This document shows, one piece after another, positions 1 through 11,403 of a stretch of DNA of 64,000 nucleotides (positions are counted from its first letter, which is position 1; every line of letters starts with the position of its first letter). The notes under the pieces are model-generated. The model did not search any database. It saw nothing but the letters and a program-made list of their open reading frames with translations, and had not been told where the DNA came from. The DNA is from Neoechinorhynchus agilis (lineage: Eukaryota; Animalia; Acanthocephala), in NCBI GenBank assembly GCA_051530055.1, contig CM121341.1:7108784-7172783 (forward strand). Direction: 5' to 3'. The translations under genes and the position numbers were made by a program.

Positions 1-2
1 AA

Positions 3-428
3 GGAGAACCGAAACAGCCGAGTGATGAGCTGTTTGAACGAGCTGCTCTTACAAACACTTACGTTACATACAACGTCCTTGAGAGTGACAATGATCGATC
101 TGTTTTTAAAATCAATCTTAGAATTGATCAATATATGTTTCCAGGCGAAGGAACCTCAATGTTAGAGGCCATTAATGATGCTTGTTCGAAGGCTTTACAA
201 CAAGGTGATATATTTAGACCAGCCAAACGGATTAAACCTGATCCGATTCTGGGTGCTGCTGCAGCTGCTGCGGCTGCTGCAAGTGGAGCGGTACGACCAC
301 TCATATTGCCTCCTATTGGTCCATCGACTTACTCTAACGATGAAGATCACTTATTCGGATCTCAACCTAATTTGATCCAACCTTTAAAGAAGAAGGCTGA
401 TCGTGTTCTTCGATCAGCCTTTTTATAA
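3..428 (+). CDS. 5'-partial ORF/exon with a double-stranded RNA-binding motif (dsRBM), followed by a poly-Ala/Pro-rich linker
   Basis: Frame 3 is open from base 3: GEPKQPSDELFERAALTNTYVTYNVLESDNDRSVFKINLRIDQYMFPGEGTSMLEAINDACSKAL. This fits the dsRBM pattern (P..L.E, Y, F...l.id...f.GeG.S...A...A...AL). It is followed by PAKRIK and Ala9. The TAA at 426-428 overlaps the next ATG. Confidence 0.65.
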   Translation, partial: GEPKQPSDELFERAALTNTYVTYNVLESDNDRSVFKINLRIDQYMFPGEGTSMLEAINDACSKALQQGDIFRPAKRIKPDPILGAAAAAAAAASGAVRPLILPPIGPSTYSNDEDHLFGSQPNLIQPLKKKADRVLRSAFL

Positions 429-1687
429 TGGCAAATCTTATAGAAAGAGCTGAAACACCATATCAGCAAACGTTCACCAACGAATTCGGCCACCCGGACG
501 GAATCGGTGAAACTCCATTTACTCGTATTTTAGACAAGATAATCCCTTCGGATGATTCTCAAACTGATATTGAATCTCTTTTGAGTGCAGTTGAACTTGT
601 TCTGCGGAACTACGGCAAAGACGCTGTCACCGGAGACGATGTCGAGGAAAACGAAGTGGGCCAGTCTTTTAAGAACATTGTCCGTTTCGGTCTTTACGAT
701 AAAGAGATAATGTTACGCGGTGAGTATGAAGCCGAACTTGCTATTGTTTGCTTTGGACGACAAGTCCGAGCTCAGCTTGTCGATAGGGTATGTGAGTTTT
801 TAAAAAACCAACTTAATTTGAGTAAAGAAGAACAAGAGTACGAGATCGATCGACCTGACCGAACGTGGATGATTAGTGTTCGTCGAAATCAACATATTCT
901 GTTCCTTTATTTCACATGTGAAGGAATATGGCACGTTTTAGACGATGAAGAAGACGAAGCGGATTATTTATCTCAACTACGTATTCCTCATTTTGAGTGT
1001 AGGCGTGTAAGTGCGTACGTCCGGCACAATGAATGGTTCAAACAAGCTTTGTTCCGTCGAAACAACCAATTGTGTGCTCTTCTTTTGATTCGTCATATTT
1101 GTGAAAACAATTATAGAACTTGGGGAGCCGTTCCTCTTTACTACTATGAAATCATCGTGAGTATGTGCACTGTTCATAAGTTCCAGAATCCACCATTATT
1201 GTGGATAATGAAGAAAGTGATGGAAATCGTATCCAGTGGAATTTTTATGTATGTCTGTCAGGATGAAGACAGTAGCGGACGGAAAGGAAAACGGTGCTTT
1301 GAATTCAATGATCCATCTAAAATGCCCATTGTTGTGACTAGAGAAGTCTGGCCGCTTCCTAGCTTTGAAGCGGCTTTTCGAGTTACTTGTGATGCCAATA
1401 CATGGCTCAGGTATATCGCCAGTGATGATGTTTGGGCGATTTTCGACTTCGAAGATTATTTTGATATCCTCGAGGATGAGGAAATTGAAGATTTTGACGA
1501 TCTAAAACAATTGCTAACTGATTTAGGCGATTGGGTCAGTGTCGGTGAAGAAACCGTCAGTTATCTTGTAGACGAAGTTGAACGTGATCTCGAACGTATT
1601 GTTATATTCCGACCGTTGACTATTGAACAATTGAACAATGCGGCCTTTAGTGAAGATGAATGTAAAGGGTTTGATTGCTTAAAATGA
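428..1687 (+). CDS. DZF-domain protein (ILF2/ILF3/ZFR/STRBP family) with acidic C-terminus
   Basis: 419-aa ORF. IVRFGLYDKEIMLRGEYEAELAIVC, VRHNEWF, LLLIRHIC..TWGAVP, KKVMEIVSSGIF and FNDP are collinear with the NF90/ZFR DZF motifs VMRVGLVAKGLLLKGD.DLELVLLC, LRHAKWF, RRVLECLASG and YDPCE. Confidence 0.85.
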   Translation: MANLIERAETPYQQTFTNEFGHPDGIGETPFTRILDKIIPSDDSQTDIESLLSAVELVLRNYGKDAVTGDDVEENEVGQSFKNIVRFGLYDKEIMLRGEYEAELAIVCFGRQVRAQLVDRVCEFLKNQLNLSKEEQEYEIDRPDRTWMISVRRNQHILFLYFTCEGIWHVLDDEEDEADYLSQLRIPHFECRRVSAYVRHNEWFKQALFRRNNQLCALLLIRHICENNYRTWGAVPLYYYEIIVSMCTVHKFQNPPLLWIMKKVMEIVSSGIFMYVCQDEDSSGRKGKRCFEFNDPSKMPIVVTREVWPLPSFEAAFRVTCDANTWLRYIASDDVWAIFDFEDYFDILEDEEIEDFDDLKQLLTDLGDWVSVGEETVSYLVDEVERDLERIVIFRPLTIEQLNNAAFSEDECKGFDCLK

Positions 1688-2149
1688 ACGAATGTGCTGT
1701 CAGTGTTTAGAAAGCGATAAGTGTTAAGTTTCCATGTCTTCTCATTTTTTTGTTTATGACAAGCGAAGCTTTTTTTTGCGTTTTTAGTCTAAAAAACCTG
1801 AAGTCACACTTAAAAGAAAACGAAATGATCTTGAAGTTCAATTAAAATGTGGCACATTGACATGGTGGGAAATTGACTTCTAATTTTTGTCATCAAAAAC
1901 CCATTTAAAAGTTTTTGTGTTTCAACTTCTGCTACCTAGACTTCCTTCTTAAACATTGCAAATGTGGCATTTTGTTAAACCGTTCTTGAATTTCAAGAGC
2001 TTGGTTAATGATTGCTGTCTTAGTTTTGTAGCCGCATGATTGATCACGTTTTGTATTTGAAATTTGACAATTGGCCTGTCGTAATGATAAAAGGAAAATC
2101 TTAATTTCTGAGAGCTTTCGTCGTTTTACGGCTTCTTCAAGAATCTACA

Positions 2150-3150
2150 AATGCGAGTGGAGATGGCAGAAAGTTCGTTCTAAGGCTTTGTCTTGGTGAT
2201 GTCAAGGACTCTCGTTCGCATTGTCCCTGGGAAACACCTTAGCCTACCAAACCGCCTGGGATATAACTAGAGCTTCAGCGATAGATAGGTCCGCCGAATA
2301 TTTGGCCACAAACTATACTCGAACAGAGATTTTTACTTCTACGTCGCTGTGGCACCGCCTTGCCATGATGTAGCCATGATTATGCGCCCGGATTCAACGT
2401 GTTCCATTAAACGTTAGCGGTTAGGCCGTTCAGTTTTCCCGGTACATCGTTCACTGGTCATCTCGTAGACCACGTTGCTGCCGATGCAAATCGACTCTTA
2501 TCTTTTATTTGTGTCCACGGATTTCCCTGAGCACGATGTTGGACGTATTTCTGGTGTTTCATGATGGACAGTTCTCTTTAGGATTCGCCTAAGTATAGGT
2601 AAATCGTCGCAGCAGCTTTCGAATGTCACTAGTGAACTTTTCACTGATATACGGAACCTTGAGAATCGGTTTTCCTCCATATTTGTTCCGTGAATGATCA
2701 TCGTTCAGTTTCTCCTCTCATGAATCACATCGCTGAGCAAACCAATGCTGGCCTGTGCATCTCAGCATGAATTGCCTGTTTCATCACCCAAAAATGATGG
2801 AATCTCGAGCCATAACTATCCTTCCACGGTTTGCGATACCAATTGAAATCAGTAACCTGATTAACATTGAAGCGCAAATTGACGACCGGCATTGATAATC
2901 CGATGGTTTGTCTCGCGTCACCTTAAACCTTCCATCGGTTTGCATTTAAGCAAAGACGCTGTTGATAATGGTGTCAGAAGCCACTCATTCCTTTTGAATG
3001 TCTTGTAGCTATCACTTCACGAAAGATGCTGTTCAATGTCTTGTGCTTAAATTCACAATCGTCCTTCGATTCATCTCGTAGTAATTCAACTGAAATTAGG
3101 CCATCGGCTTTATCACTCAACACCCAGTCGAAATTGGTTTGCATTCAACT
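2150..3150 (-). mobile_element. Decayed Penelope-like retroelement (RT thumb plus GIY-YIG endonuclease remnant)
   Basis: Minus-strand translation with stops and frameshifts gives FNWYRKP (about 2827-2847), ILKVPYISEKFTSDIRKLLRR (about 2600-2665) and CIGSNVVYEMTSERCTGKTERPNR*RLMEH (about 2400-2490). This is the PLE order: RT thumb, linker, then GIY-YIG (NVVY...C...YIG.T.R....R..EH). Confidence 0.6.
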
Positions 3151-3190
3151 TTCTGATCCTAAATTCAGTTTAAAATAAAAAAATTCCAAA

Positions 3191-3751
3191 CTATATCTGA
3201 TCGTCGGCGAATTGGCGGATATTGTTTGCAGGAGCACTTGTAGGTTGGTCTTTCCCCAGAATCATTTCAAGTTCTGATATCCGAGAGAAGATTGGACAGC
3301 ATGGAAAAAGGAGCGTAGGTTTAGGGAGGTTCGAGGTCGATGGAGGATGAAGCGAATTAGGATTACGAGTGTTGTGTTCAAATTGTGGTTCAAGGGTTGA
3401 TAGCCGTTTTGATTGTTTTATGAAAATGGTATCAAGGCATTCGGTGAGAGGGGAAAAGTAAGTTTGGCAAATGTTAGATGTTCTTTTGTGAAAAATTTCA
3501 AGACGACGGATTAGCGATTTGGAATGGTTGCAAAATACGGAATAACCGTAGGTGAGGGATGGTAAAATAAAGCAGAAGTAAAATTTGTAGAGATCGGGTG
3601 AAGGGATTCCTAAATGTTCGAGGCGTTTGAGGAGATAAATTTTAAAGGTGTTTAGCTCGAGGGAGGGAGAGTCCCATTTCAAGTTTGATTGAAATTGGAT
3701 ACCCAGAATTCTGAGGAGGAGGTTACTCGTAGGATGCCACAAAAAAAGCAT
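3191..3751 (-). mobile_element. 5'-truncated non-LTR retrotransposon (L2/CR1-like) RT C-terminal fragment
   Basis: RILGIQFQSNLKWD...KIYLLKRLEHLGIPSPDLYKFYFCFILPSLTYGYSVF...LIRRLEIFHKR matches the LINE post-RT pattern LGv.....LkW.......rly.Lr.L...G.....L..fY...irp.LeY...vw......LE..qkr. Confidence 0.7.
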
Positions 3752-3808
3752 TTAAAAGGTTTTTTATTTCGACTTTGGTAACTCAGAGTATACCATTAGC
3801 CGTGCTTC

Positions 3809-4641
3809 TTAAAAGATGCAACACTTGCACACTCCTCGTCGACCTCCAATATTGGAACCATTTCGCGTTCCAGCACCTCCATCAGTCCGCTTCCTCTTGG
3901 CACCGCATCCTCTGGTTTCTCCTCCAGATCCACCAGCTCCACCCCCTCCACTTCCTTGCCCAGGCTGATTATGCTGCTTCCATGCCCTAATCTCTCTCAT
4001 AACTTCCGAGAAGGCGAGTTCAACATTCTCTTTTGTTTTAGCCGATGTTTCAATGTACTTCATATGCCATTGATTGGCACGAGCCTCCGCGTCGGACCGA
4101 TGGACGGATCGTTTCTCTGGCGTCAAATCCACTTTATTCCCGACCAGAATACTCGGAACACTCTCGTCGCCCTTCTTAACACGAACAATCTGCTCTCTTT
4201 TTTTGTTTTCAAAAAAAGAAGGAATAAATTCGGTTTTTAAAAAGGAGAATTACAAACCTGAGTTCATTGATGACCTCAAACGACTCCGGGTCAGTGAGGG
4301 AAAACACCAGTAAGAATCCTTCTCCCGATCTTAAATACGCATCACGAATACCCGCATAATCCTCCTGACCAGCGGTATCCAAAATATCGATCTGAACCTT
4401 TTCGCCGTCCAGAACAACTTCTCGTCGATAAGAATCCGCCTTCGTAGGCTCATAATCCTCAACGAACTATTCAGATTTGAAATTTATTGAAACGCTCCAT
4501 ATCGAAAAAACTAACTTCCTCGTACATGTACCTGAGAGTTAGAGCACTCTTGCCAACGCCTCCACTGCCAACCATAATAACTTTATAAAGGGGAAGCTCT
4601 CCTGGTCTAGCATCCGTAGAGCCCTTTGAACCCTTTCCCAT
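3809..4641 (-). CDS. RAL: Ral small GTPase, 3 exons (4641-4516, 4466-4258, 4196-3809)
   Basis: The spliced translation gives [19 protein letters not shown], the Ral-specific effector loop [34 protein letters not shown] and a CAAX end KCCIF*. GT-AG introns of 49 nt (4467-4515) and 61 nt (4197-4257) keep the frame. Confidence 0.95.
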
Positions 4642-4769
4642 CTATGGAGATAATCTTCTTTCTTTAATCGAATATCAGTGACGCGACAATCCTTAAAAAC
4701 CTTAAGCGCTTTCTTCCGATTCGTGACCGTGGTAGCCGCGAAAAAGACGGATTAGTCGAGCGAGTTCAA

Positions 4770-6290
4770 GTCTTTTTTTCTAGGAAAATTGGGAAAAAAG
4801 ATGCATTTTTGTTCGTTTTGGATAATTTCTTTGGAAAACACGCACGTTTGTTGGTGAATTTGTGATCCACAAACCAAGTTCCGAGGGCAAAACGAGTTCT
4901 CCTCTGGATTATTGATGAATCGTGAAAAGAACGATTGAGCAAATTAATAGAGCGAGATAAAGTCTTTTTTCTAGGAAAATTAGCAAAAAAAGATGTATTT
5001 TTGTTTGTTTTGGATAATTTTTGTGGAAAACACGCACGTTTGATAGTGAATTTGTGATCCACAAGCCAAGTTCCGAGGGGAAAACGAGTTCTCCTCTGGA
5101 TTATTGATGAATCGTGAAAAGAACGATTGGGCGAATTAATAGAGCGAGATAGTCTTTTTTCGAAAAAAATTGGGAAAAAAGATGCATTTTTGTTTGTTTT
5201 GGATAATTTCTTTGGAAAACACGCACGTTTGTTGGTGAATTTGTGATCCACAAACCAAGTTCAGAGGGGAAAACGAGTTCTCCTCTGGATTATTGATGAA
5301 TCGTGAAAAGAACGATTGGGCGAATTAATAGAGCGAGATAGTCTTTTTTCTGGAAAAATTGGGAAAAAAGATGCATTTTTGTTTGTTTTGGATAATTTCT
5401 TTGGAAAACACGCACGTTTGATAGTGAATTTGTGATCCACAAGCCAAGTTCCGAGGGGAAAACGAGTTCTCCTCTGGATTATTGATGAATCGTGAAAAGA
5501 ACGATTGGGCGAATTAATAGAGCGAGATAGTCTTTTTTCGAAAAAAATTGGGAAAAAAGATGCATTTTTGTTTGTTTTGGATAATTTCTTTGGAAAACAC
5601 GCACGTTTGTTAGTGAATTTGTGATCCACAAGCCAAGTTCCGAGGGGAAAACGAGTTCTCCTCTGGATTATTGATGAATCGTGAAAAGAACGATTGGGCG
5701 AATTAATAGAGCGAGATAGTCTTTTTTCGAAAAAAATTGGGAAAAAAGATGCATTTTTGTTTGTTTTTTATAATTTCCTTGGAAAACACACCCGTTTGTT
5801 GGTGAATTTGTGATCCACAAACCAAGTTCAGAGGGGAAAACGAGTTCTCCTCTGGATTATTGATCGATGAATCGTTAAAAGAACGATTGGGCGAATTAAT
5901 AGAGCGAGATAGTCTTTTTTCGAAAAAATTGGGAAAAAAGATGCATTTTTGTTTGTTTTGGATAATTTCTTTGGAAAACACGCACGTTTGATAGTGAATT
6001 TGTGATCCACAAACCAAGTTCCGAGGGGAATACGAGTTCTCCTCTTGATTATTGATTGATGAATCGTGAAAAGAACAATTGGGCGAATTAATAGAGCGCG
6101 ATTAAGTCTTTTTTTCTGGGAAAATTAGCAAAAAAAGATGTACTTTTGTTTGTTTTGGATAATTTCTTTGGCAAATACGCACGTTTGCTAGTGAATTTGT
6201 GATCCACAAACCAAGTTCCGAGGGGAAAACGAGTTCTCCTCTGGATTATTGATCGATGATTTGTCAAAAAAACGATAATTTGGACAAAAC
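4770..6290. repeat. Tandem array, about 190-bp unit x about 8
   Basis: GTGATCCACAA recurs at about 4862, 5054, 5243, 5432, 5621, 5810, 6002 and 6200. The overlapping minus-strand ORFs are repeat artefacts. Confidence 0.97.
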
Positions 6291-7799
6291 GGGAGATAAT
6301 TATCAAAGATTGATCTATTTCAAATACTCACTACAATGGGCTTTTGGTTGCTTAACTTGAACAAATACAAGAATATTTATACGTTTTTGCTAAATTCCAC
6401 AAAAGATTTTGCGATCTCTCCTCACTGAGTCGCTAATGGGAACTCTTGTTTAAAAAGTCAGTGTACGGATAAAGCCTTGGAGTCAATGTACTTAAATGCC
6501 ACTTGGATATATTTAAAGATTCATTGACCCATAAGCAAGGTAAAGAAGCAGTTCCTTTAATGGATGTTTATCGAGAACCTTTATGTGATGTATAGATTTA
6601 AAAACTATGTTACTCAGAAGTGAGAGATATCTTTTAGAAAGACTCAAATTAAGTCGCGAATTGGCAAATTCTGTGAACTTGAACAAAGTTCAACTGTGCT
6701 CAAAAGGTTAATTTCAAAATGGTACATTTCCACAATCCAGGCTTTTCTAGAAACTCAAGAAACTTCATTCACTTTTTGAAAACGGTTTGGAACTAACACG
6801 ATTAGGTTGTACTTTATACCCCTTTTTTTAAATGCAATAAATTCAGAAATTTGATCGAAACATTAATGTTTTTTTCAGCCCCTAGAAACGGTCTGCGATC
6901 ATTTGTCGCGAAACGAGAAAATAGTCCATTAAATATTTATGTACAGAACATTAAGGAGAGTATTTGAACTTTTTCAAGACGGTTTTTTATTGTGTTTATG
7001 TAAGGTGAGGTCTCTAATCAATGAAAAATTAATTGGAAATATGGCGCTATTTAACAGTTGAAGTGCTCAAGTAATTATTTTTGCAAAGGTTTCGCATTTT
7101 TTGTACTTTGAAAAGTCGAAATGAAAACATGGCGTCTAAACGTTCGGTAATTTTGAGAAAATAGGGGTTTTTGAAGAGATTTTAGGCCAATACTGAGTTA
7201 ATCTTTATCACAGAACTTGATAGAGATTTTCGACGTCCTTAGAAGGGATTTTTTATTTGTTACATAAAATTGCGATGAGCCGAATTAATCCTTTTGGAGA
7301 TTTTAAATTGCCATTTTTAGACTAGACGATAGCGGAGAAACTCTTACAAAAAAATTAGCACACGGATATCGTTGAGGACGACGCTGGTACCGTCTCCCAT
7401 TAACCGAAAAGTACCGTTTAAATGCAATGATCCCTCTTATTTTAACAGCTAAAGATATTTTTAATGAGAAGTCGTTGGAACAAGAACAAAACTTGGAAAA
7501 TGCGTTTTATGTCCATGTCTTTGAAGGTTTTTACCATCTTTTTGTAGATATTCCTTTCTTTTAAGTTCAAAACTGGTCAATGCGATCGATTTTTAGTTTA
7601 AGGATCACACTATCTACAAATTGTCGAAAAAACCTAATTGATTAATATGTTTAAAATTTAATTTTAAAAAACTTAAATCGTTAAACACTTGTAAATTTCT
7701 TATTTTAATTCTGGTTTTTCCTTAAAGAACTGGAACTTTCAAATATTTCTTCATGTTTTAGTGTATAACATTAAGAACATTTACGTTGAATGGAGAATT

Positions 7800-8000
7800 C
7801 CTTTTGACGATGAGCATCGTTGATCGTATTCATATCGATGCAATAAAACAAAAATAGTTAATAGCCTGGAACACGTAGAAATTGAAGTCACTTTGATTCC
7901 AAATATGAAATTACCAACGAAACGAGGAGACTTACAAACGATCCATTCCATGCCTTCTGCAGATCGTTTTATCAGATTTTTGGGAACTTTAACCATACAA
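7800..8000 (+). pseudogene. Decayed proprotein-convertase P-domain fragment
   Basis: RCNKTKIVNSLEHVEIEVTLIPNMKLPTKRGDLQ is flanked by in-frame stops. It parallels CAKSRAEITSLEHVEVVLSIKPMRKRPAERGTLQ in the intact convertase at 60971-62761 and the canonical LEHV...RGDL P-domain motif. Confidence 0.55.
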
Positions 8001-8959
8001 TGGAAATAGAGGAGAAAAGGCGGAGAATTAAAGGAATTTATTGAATCCGATTATTTTCGGATTGTGATTCCTACGAAAAGTATGCCATGAGTATTCATTG
8101 TTTCTTTTTTTTGCAACAGAAGTTGACGATTTGACTATTGAGCACTTTCTGCGAGAATTTCCAATGCTTTTGACCGACAAATTCGCCGTTATGTTTAAAG
8201 GTTCTAAGGACATTGAAAACGAAAGGTAAAGTAAATAAGCAGCCTGAAGCCGTTTTTGTTTAAAGCAGCACTCACTCTCTCTCTATCTTTTAACTTAAAA
8301 TACTTTTAGTAATTACAACAATTTTTTCTAGATCCAAATTTACAAAGCTCTACTGACTTCACATTCTTGTTTAGCAACTTTTTAATTGAAATCTATTCTG
8401 GCATTGAGTGACCATTAGAATTGAAACTGTTTGAGGTTCTGAAACAGTATCCAAGATTATAAGTAGATCCTTAACATATCCACCGTTGATGTTTATGTAC
8501 AAACTTCGAAAACTGAATAATAAAATCTTTATTTCGATTCAATGACCGTTGCTGTGAAACTTTCGATTTCCATTGATCTCTTTCGACAAATAACTTCTCA
8601 ATCATCAGGAAAAGTGTTATTTAATCTATCTTTTTCAGTGAATTCTATCCGTGAAGAAATGTTCCGGCGCTGAAATTTCCCTTCATTATCGTTCCTGTTT
8701 TGTTTGCCACTAAAAGATGCAATCAAAAAGCTCATCATTTTCGCCCTTTGTTAAAACGTCGTTTATATCCAAAGGAGCGTTCAAAACTCTATACAATACA
8801 AACGATGCAACTTTGAAAACGTTCAATAATCATTGATGAATTTTAGGAAACGTAACATGATCTTTTGATACGTTTGAGTTGATTTTTTATATGGAAAAAT
8901 CGCCACAATCTCGGTCTTCAGTTAGTCGAAAGTGCTTCTTCGTTAAATAATGCGAAAAA

Positions 8960-10816
8960 TCAGTATTCCCTTGATGGCTTCCTAATGCAGCAACAAAATC
9001 TCGCAAAGCGTCCAAATAAACCGGAATTATTGGATTGTTCTTCAGAATAATCGTCTATTTCGTCCGAGTCCGAAAATGCTGCTTCGTCCAATGTAAAACC
9101 AGCGTGGATCTCATTCTCTTTGTTATCACTCAATTCATTTTGATTTTCGGTTACATTTGTCAATTCCGGCTCTCGATACCTTGTAAGTGCACTTCCCGAC
9201 CGAAGATTGTTTGTATGTCTTTTAGAAAGTTTTTCGCAATTTAATAAAGTAAGAGAAGGACTCCCCGGTTTCCAATAGTCCATAATATTTAAAATTTCAA
9301 TCGAACTGGACGTTTTTAGAGTTAACATGTACTCTCGATCGTATCGAAGATCACTAACTTCACAAGCAAACGAATAAACTCCAGGATCCAATTCAACGAA
9401 CAAGGACACGTAAATGAGATTTGTAAAAGGTCCGCTTGAACCGATAACTTTAGAATCCATAACATCATTGAATGGAATCAATTTTGGTGATTTTTCAGAT
9501 GGAAGACGATTTCGATATAGAGCAAGACGAATGAAATTTCGTATATTTGGAATAGACATCAAACTACTTCGGTGTCGTCCGTAAAGTTGAGTTAAAACTG
9601 CATGAACGGCTACTTGTTTTCCACTTGAGAGTTTAAACATGAGTCTTGGCGTAAGATCTTCTGAAACATAAGTCTCTCCATTGATCTTTAAGTCTTTAAC
9701 CCATGTTCCATAAAACTGAGAAACGATCCAATTGTCGTGGCTTATGTGTTGAAAATTCAAATTCGCTGTATAACCTGACGGAGATTGATGCCACAATTCA
9801 ATGGCGTCAAACTGTTCAATAAAATTCTTCATAGGCATCCATACCGTACTCGTTCCGCAATGATCTGCGAATTTAAGCCTTGCTCGTTGCTCCGAATTAA
9901 GAGTATGCCAAATCGGATCAGACCAACTAAATCGATCGTTCCACACATACAATTGAACGTTCCAAGGATTTCGTGTAAGTATTATGTACTCGGAGTTTAG
10001 TAATTCAATTCCTAAAATAGTATACGAATGGTTATTCACGAGTCTATTTTGTCGAATGTCTTGATCAACTCCACTGGTCGAGGCGGTGACCATACCACCT
10101 AATTTAAAAGTTTTAATCAAATGAGAACAAATGAAATTCTCCATCTCAGGTGTTCCGGCAAATTTGATTCGTTCAGTCACTCCTGAAGCGATGTCATTAA
10201 AGGCTTCATGCTCGTGTCCGAGATGAATTCCACAATACGAACCATACAATTTTGCGTAAGCTTTCTCAAACAAAGCTGCCCAGAAATCGCTCTTTTTGTA
10301 CGCATTGTGAACTCCAAGAGGTCTCAAAGGTTCATCTACCAATGCAGTGTTCTTAATGAATGGTAATCGGTCGTCTACGACAACCTCGACTTCATGATTC
10401 TGTTGGTAGAAACGGAACCGGAATATTCCGCAGTATGCAGATCCAGAAAAAGATTGGTTAGGAGGTGTTGTATGGCGGAGAATTTGGGGTTTGTCCATTA
10501 CGGCCACAAGAACGGTTACAAACCAACAATTATATATCCGTGTGCTCTGAGTCAGTCCAAAAGGAGATTTCTCCACCAAAAACACTGGATTTTCGCATAC
10601 CTCTGAAGGCCGGCGCCATATAATCTTTTCAGTATACTTAAGTTGAAGACATTGACCCGCAAGAGTCATTTCTGGAAGGAAAAACTCATCTTTAAAGAGA
10701 TGCTTTTTCCGAAGACATTCCTTAACCAATTCGTGATAGTTTTGGTTCTTGAAATGTATAATACCATCATCTTTTACTTGACATGGTGATAATATTATTT
10801 GACGATTGCTATTCAT
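8960..10816 (-). CDS. Atypical calpain (CysPc plus C2-like domain III, no penta-EF hand), intronless
   Basis: 618-aa ORF with FKDEFF, WRRPSE, catalytic Cys (NCWF), GIFRFRFY, VVVDDRLP, FWAALFEKAYAKLYGSY, His (NHSYTI) and Asn (RNPW). Domain III contains PGVYSF. The acidic tail ends FCCCIRKPSREY. Confidence 0.93.
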   Translation of the reverse strand: MNSNRQIILSPCQVKDDGIIHFKNQNYHELVKECLRKKHLFKDEFFLPEMTLAGQCLQLKYTEKIIWRRPSEVCENPVFLVEKSPFGLTQSTRIYNCWFVTVLVAVMDKPQILRHTTPPNQSFSGSAYCGIFRFRFYQQNHEVEVVVDDRLPFIKNTALVDEPLRPLGVHNAYKKSDFWAALFEKAYAKLYGSYCGIHLGHEHEAFNDIASGVTERIKFAGTPEMENFICSHLIKTFKLGGMVTASTSGVDQDIRQNRLVNNHSYTILGIELLNSEYIILTRNPWNVQLYVWNDRFSWSDPIWHTLNSEQRARLKFADHCGTSTVWMPMKNFIEQFDAIELWHQSPSGYTANLNFQHISHDNWIVSQFYGTWVKDLKINGETYVSEDLTPRLMFKLSSGKQVAVHAVLTQLYGRHRSSLMSIPNIRNFIRLALYRNRLPSEKSPKLIPFNDVMDSKVIGSSGPFTNLIYVSLFVELDPGVYSFACEVSDLRYDREYMLTLKTSSSIEILNIMDYWKPGSPSLTLLNCEKLSKRHTNNLRSGSALTRYREPELTNVTENQNELSDNKENEIHAGFTLDEAAFSDSDEIDDYSEEQSNNSGLFGRFARFCCCIRKPSREY

Positions 10817-11403
10817 TGGTATGACACCATAAAGTTCATATTAATCTCGATTGAACGTTGAATCCATGGAAACGATACCGATAGAAAAATTTTTTAGTTT
10901 TCATCGTTTCTCGCGCACAAACATGGTCGGTATGAAACTTGAAGACTTGCGTTAATTTTGTAAAAGCGCAATCTAAATCATGGCCCATTCGTTATTCTTT
11001 TCAAACGTTCGATAAACTTCAGTTTTTAATTTTAACAAAAAATTATCATTTACATCCTTAATCCTTTTTTTCGAAGCAAAATGTTTATGTGGCTATAAAT
11101 AAAGGAGCGGGGGAGTGAACAAAAAAGTAATCGAGTGTTTTTAAAATGATTGTTTGTCATCGGAAATCGGCAGATTGTAGAGTTTTTTTGGTTTCGATCC
11201 TAGTTCTTTGAAATGATCCGTTTACATATTGCGAGAATGACATTATGGACGAAGCATTTTTAAGTGTTAAAACAAACTGAAAAACATAACTCACAATTCA
11301 AAAGACCTGTTGTCTTGAACGTGAGTTCTAGAATGTAACTTAGATGTTGGAAACAAACTTATATTCATGATATGTCATCAAAAAAGCCTAGTTGAAGAAT
11401 CCT

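Noticed and set aside
3191-3230. RQFADD resembling the RT catalytic motif at the end of the LINE fragment
   Set aside because: It lies after the thumb region, in the wrong order, and lacks upstream RT motifs; probably chance.
4600-4641. N-myristoylation of Ral (MGKGSKGS)
   Set aside because: Gly2 is present but position 6 is Lys rather than Ser/Thr; too weak.
4766-6306. Repetitive minus-strand ORFs (MDHKFTNKRACF...)
   Set aside because: They are translations of the 190-bp tandem array; the frame shifts between units. The same applies to ORFs at 36100-36697, 51320-51764 and 58588-59096.
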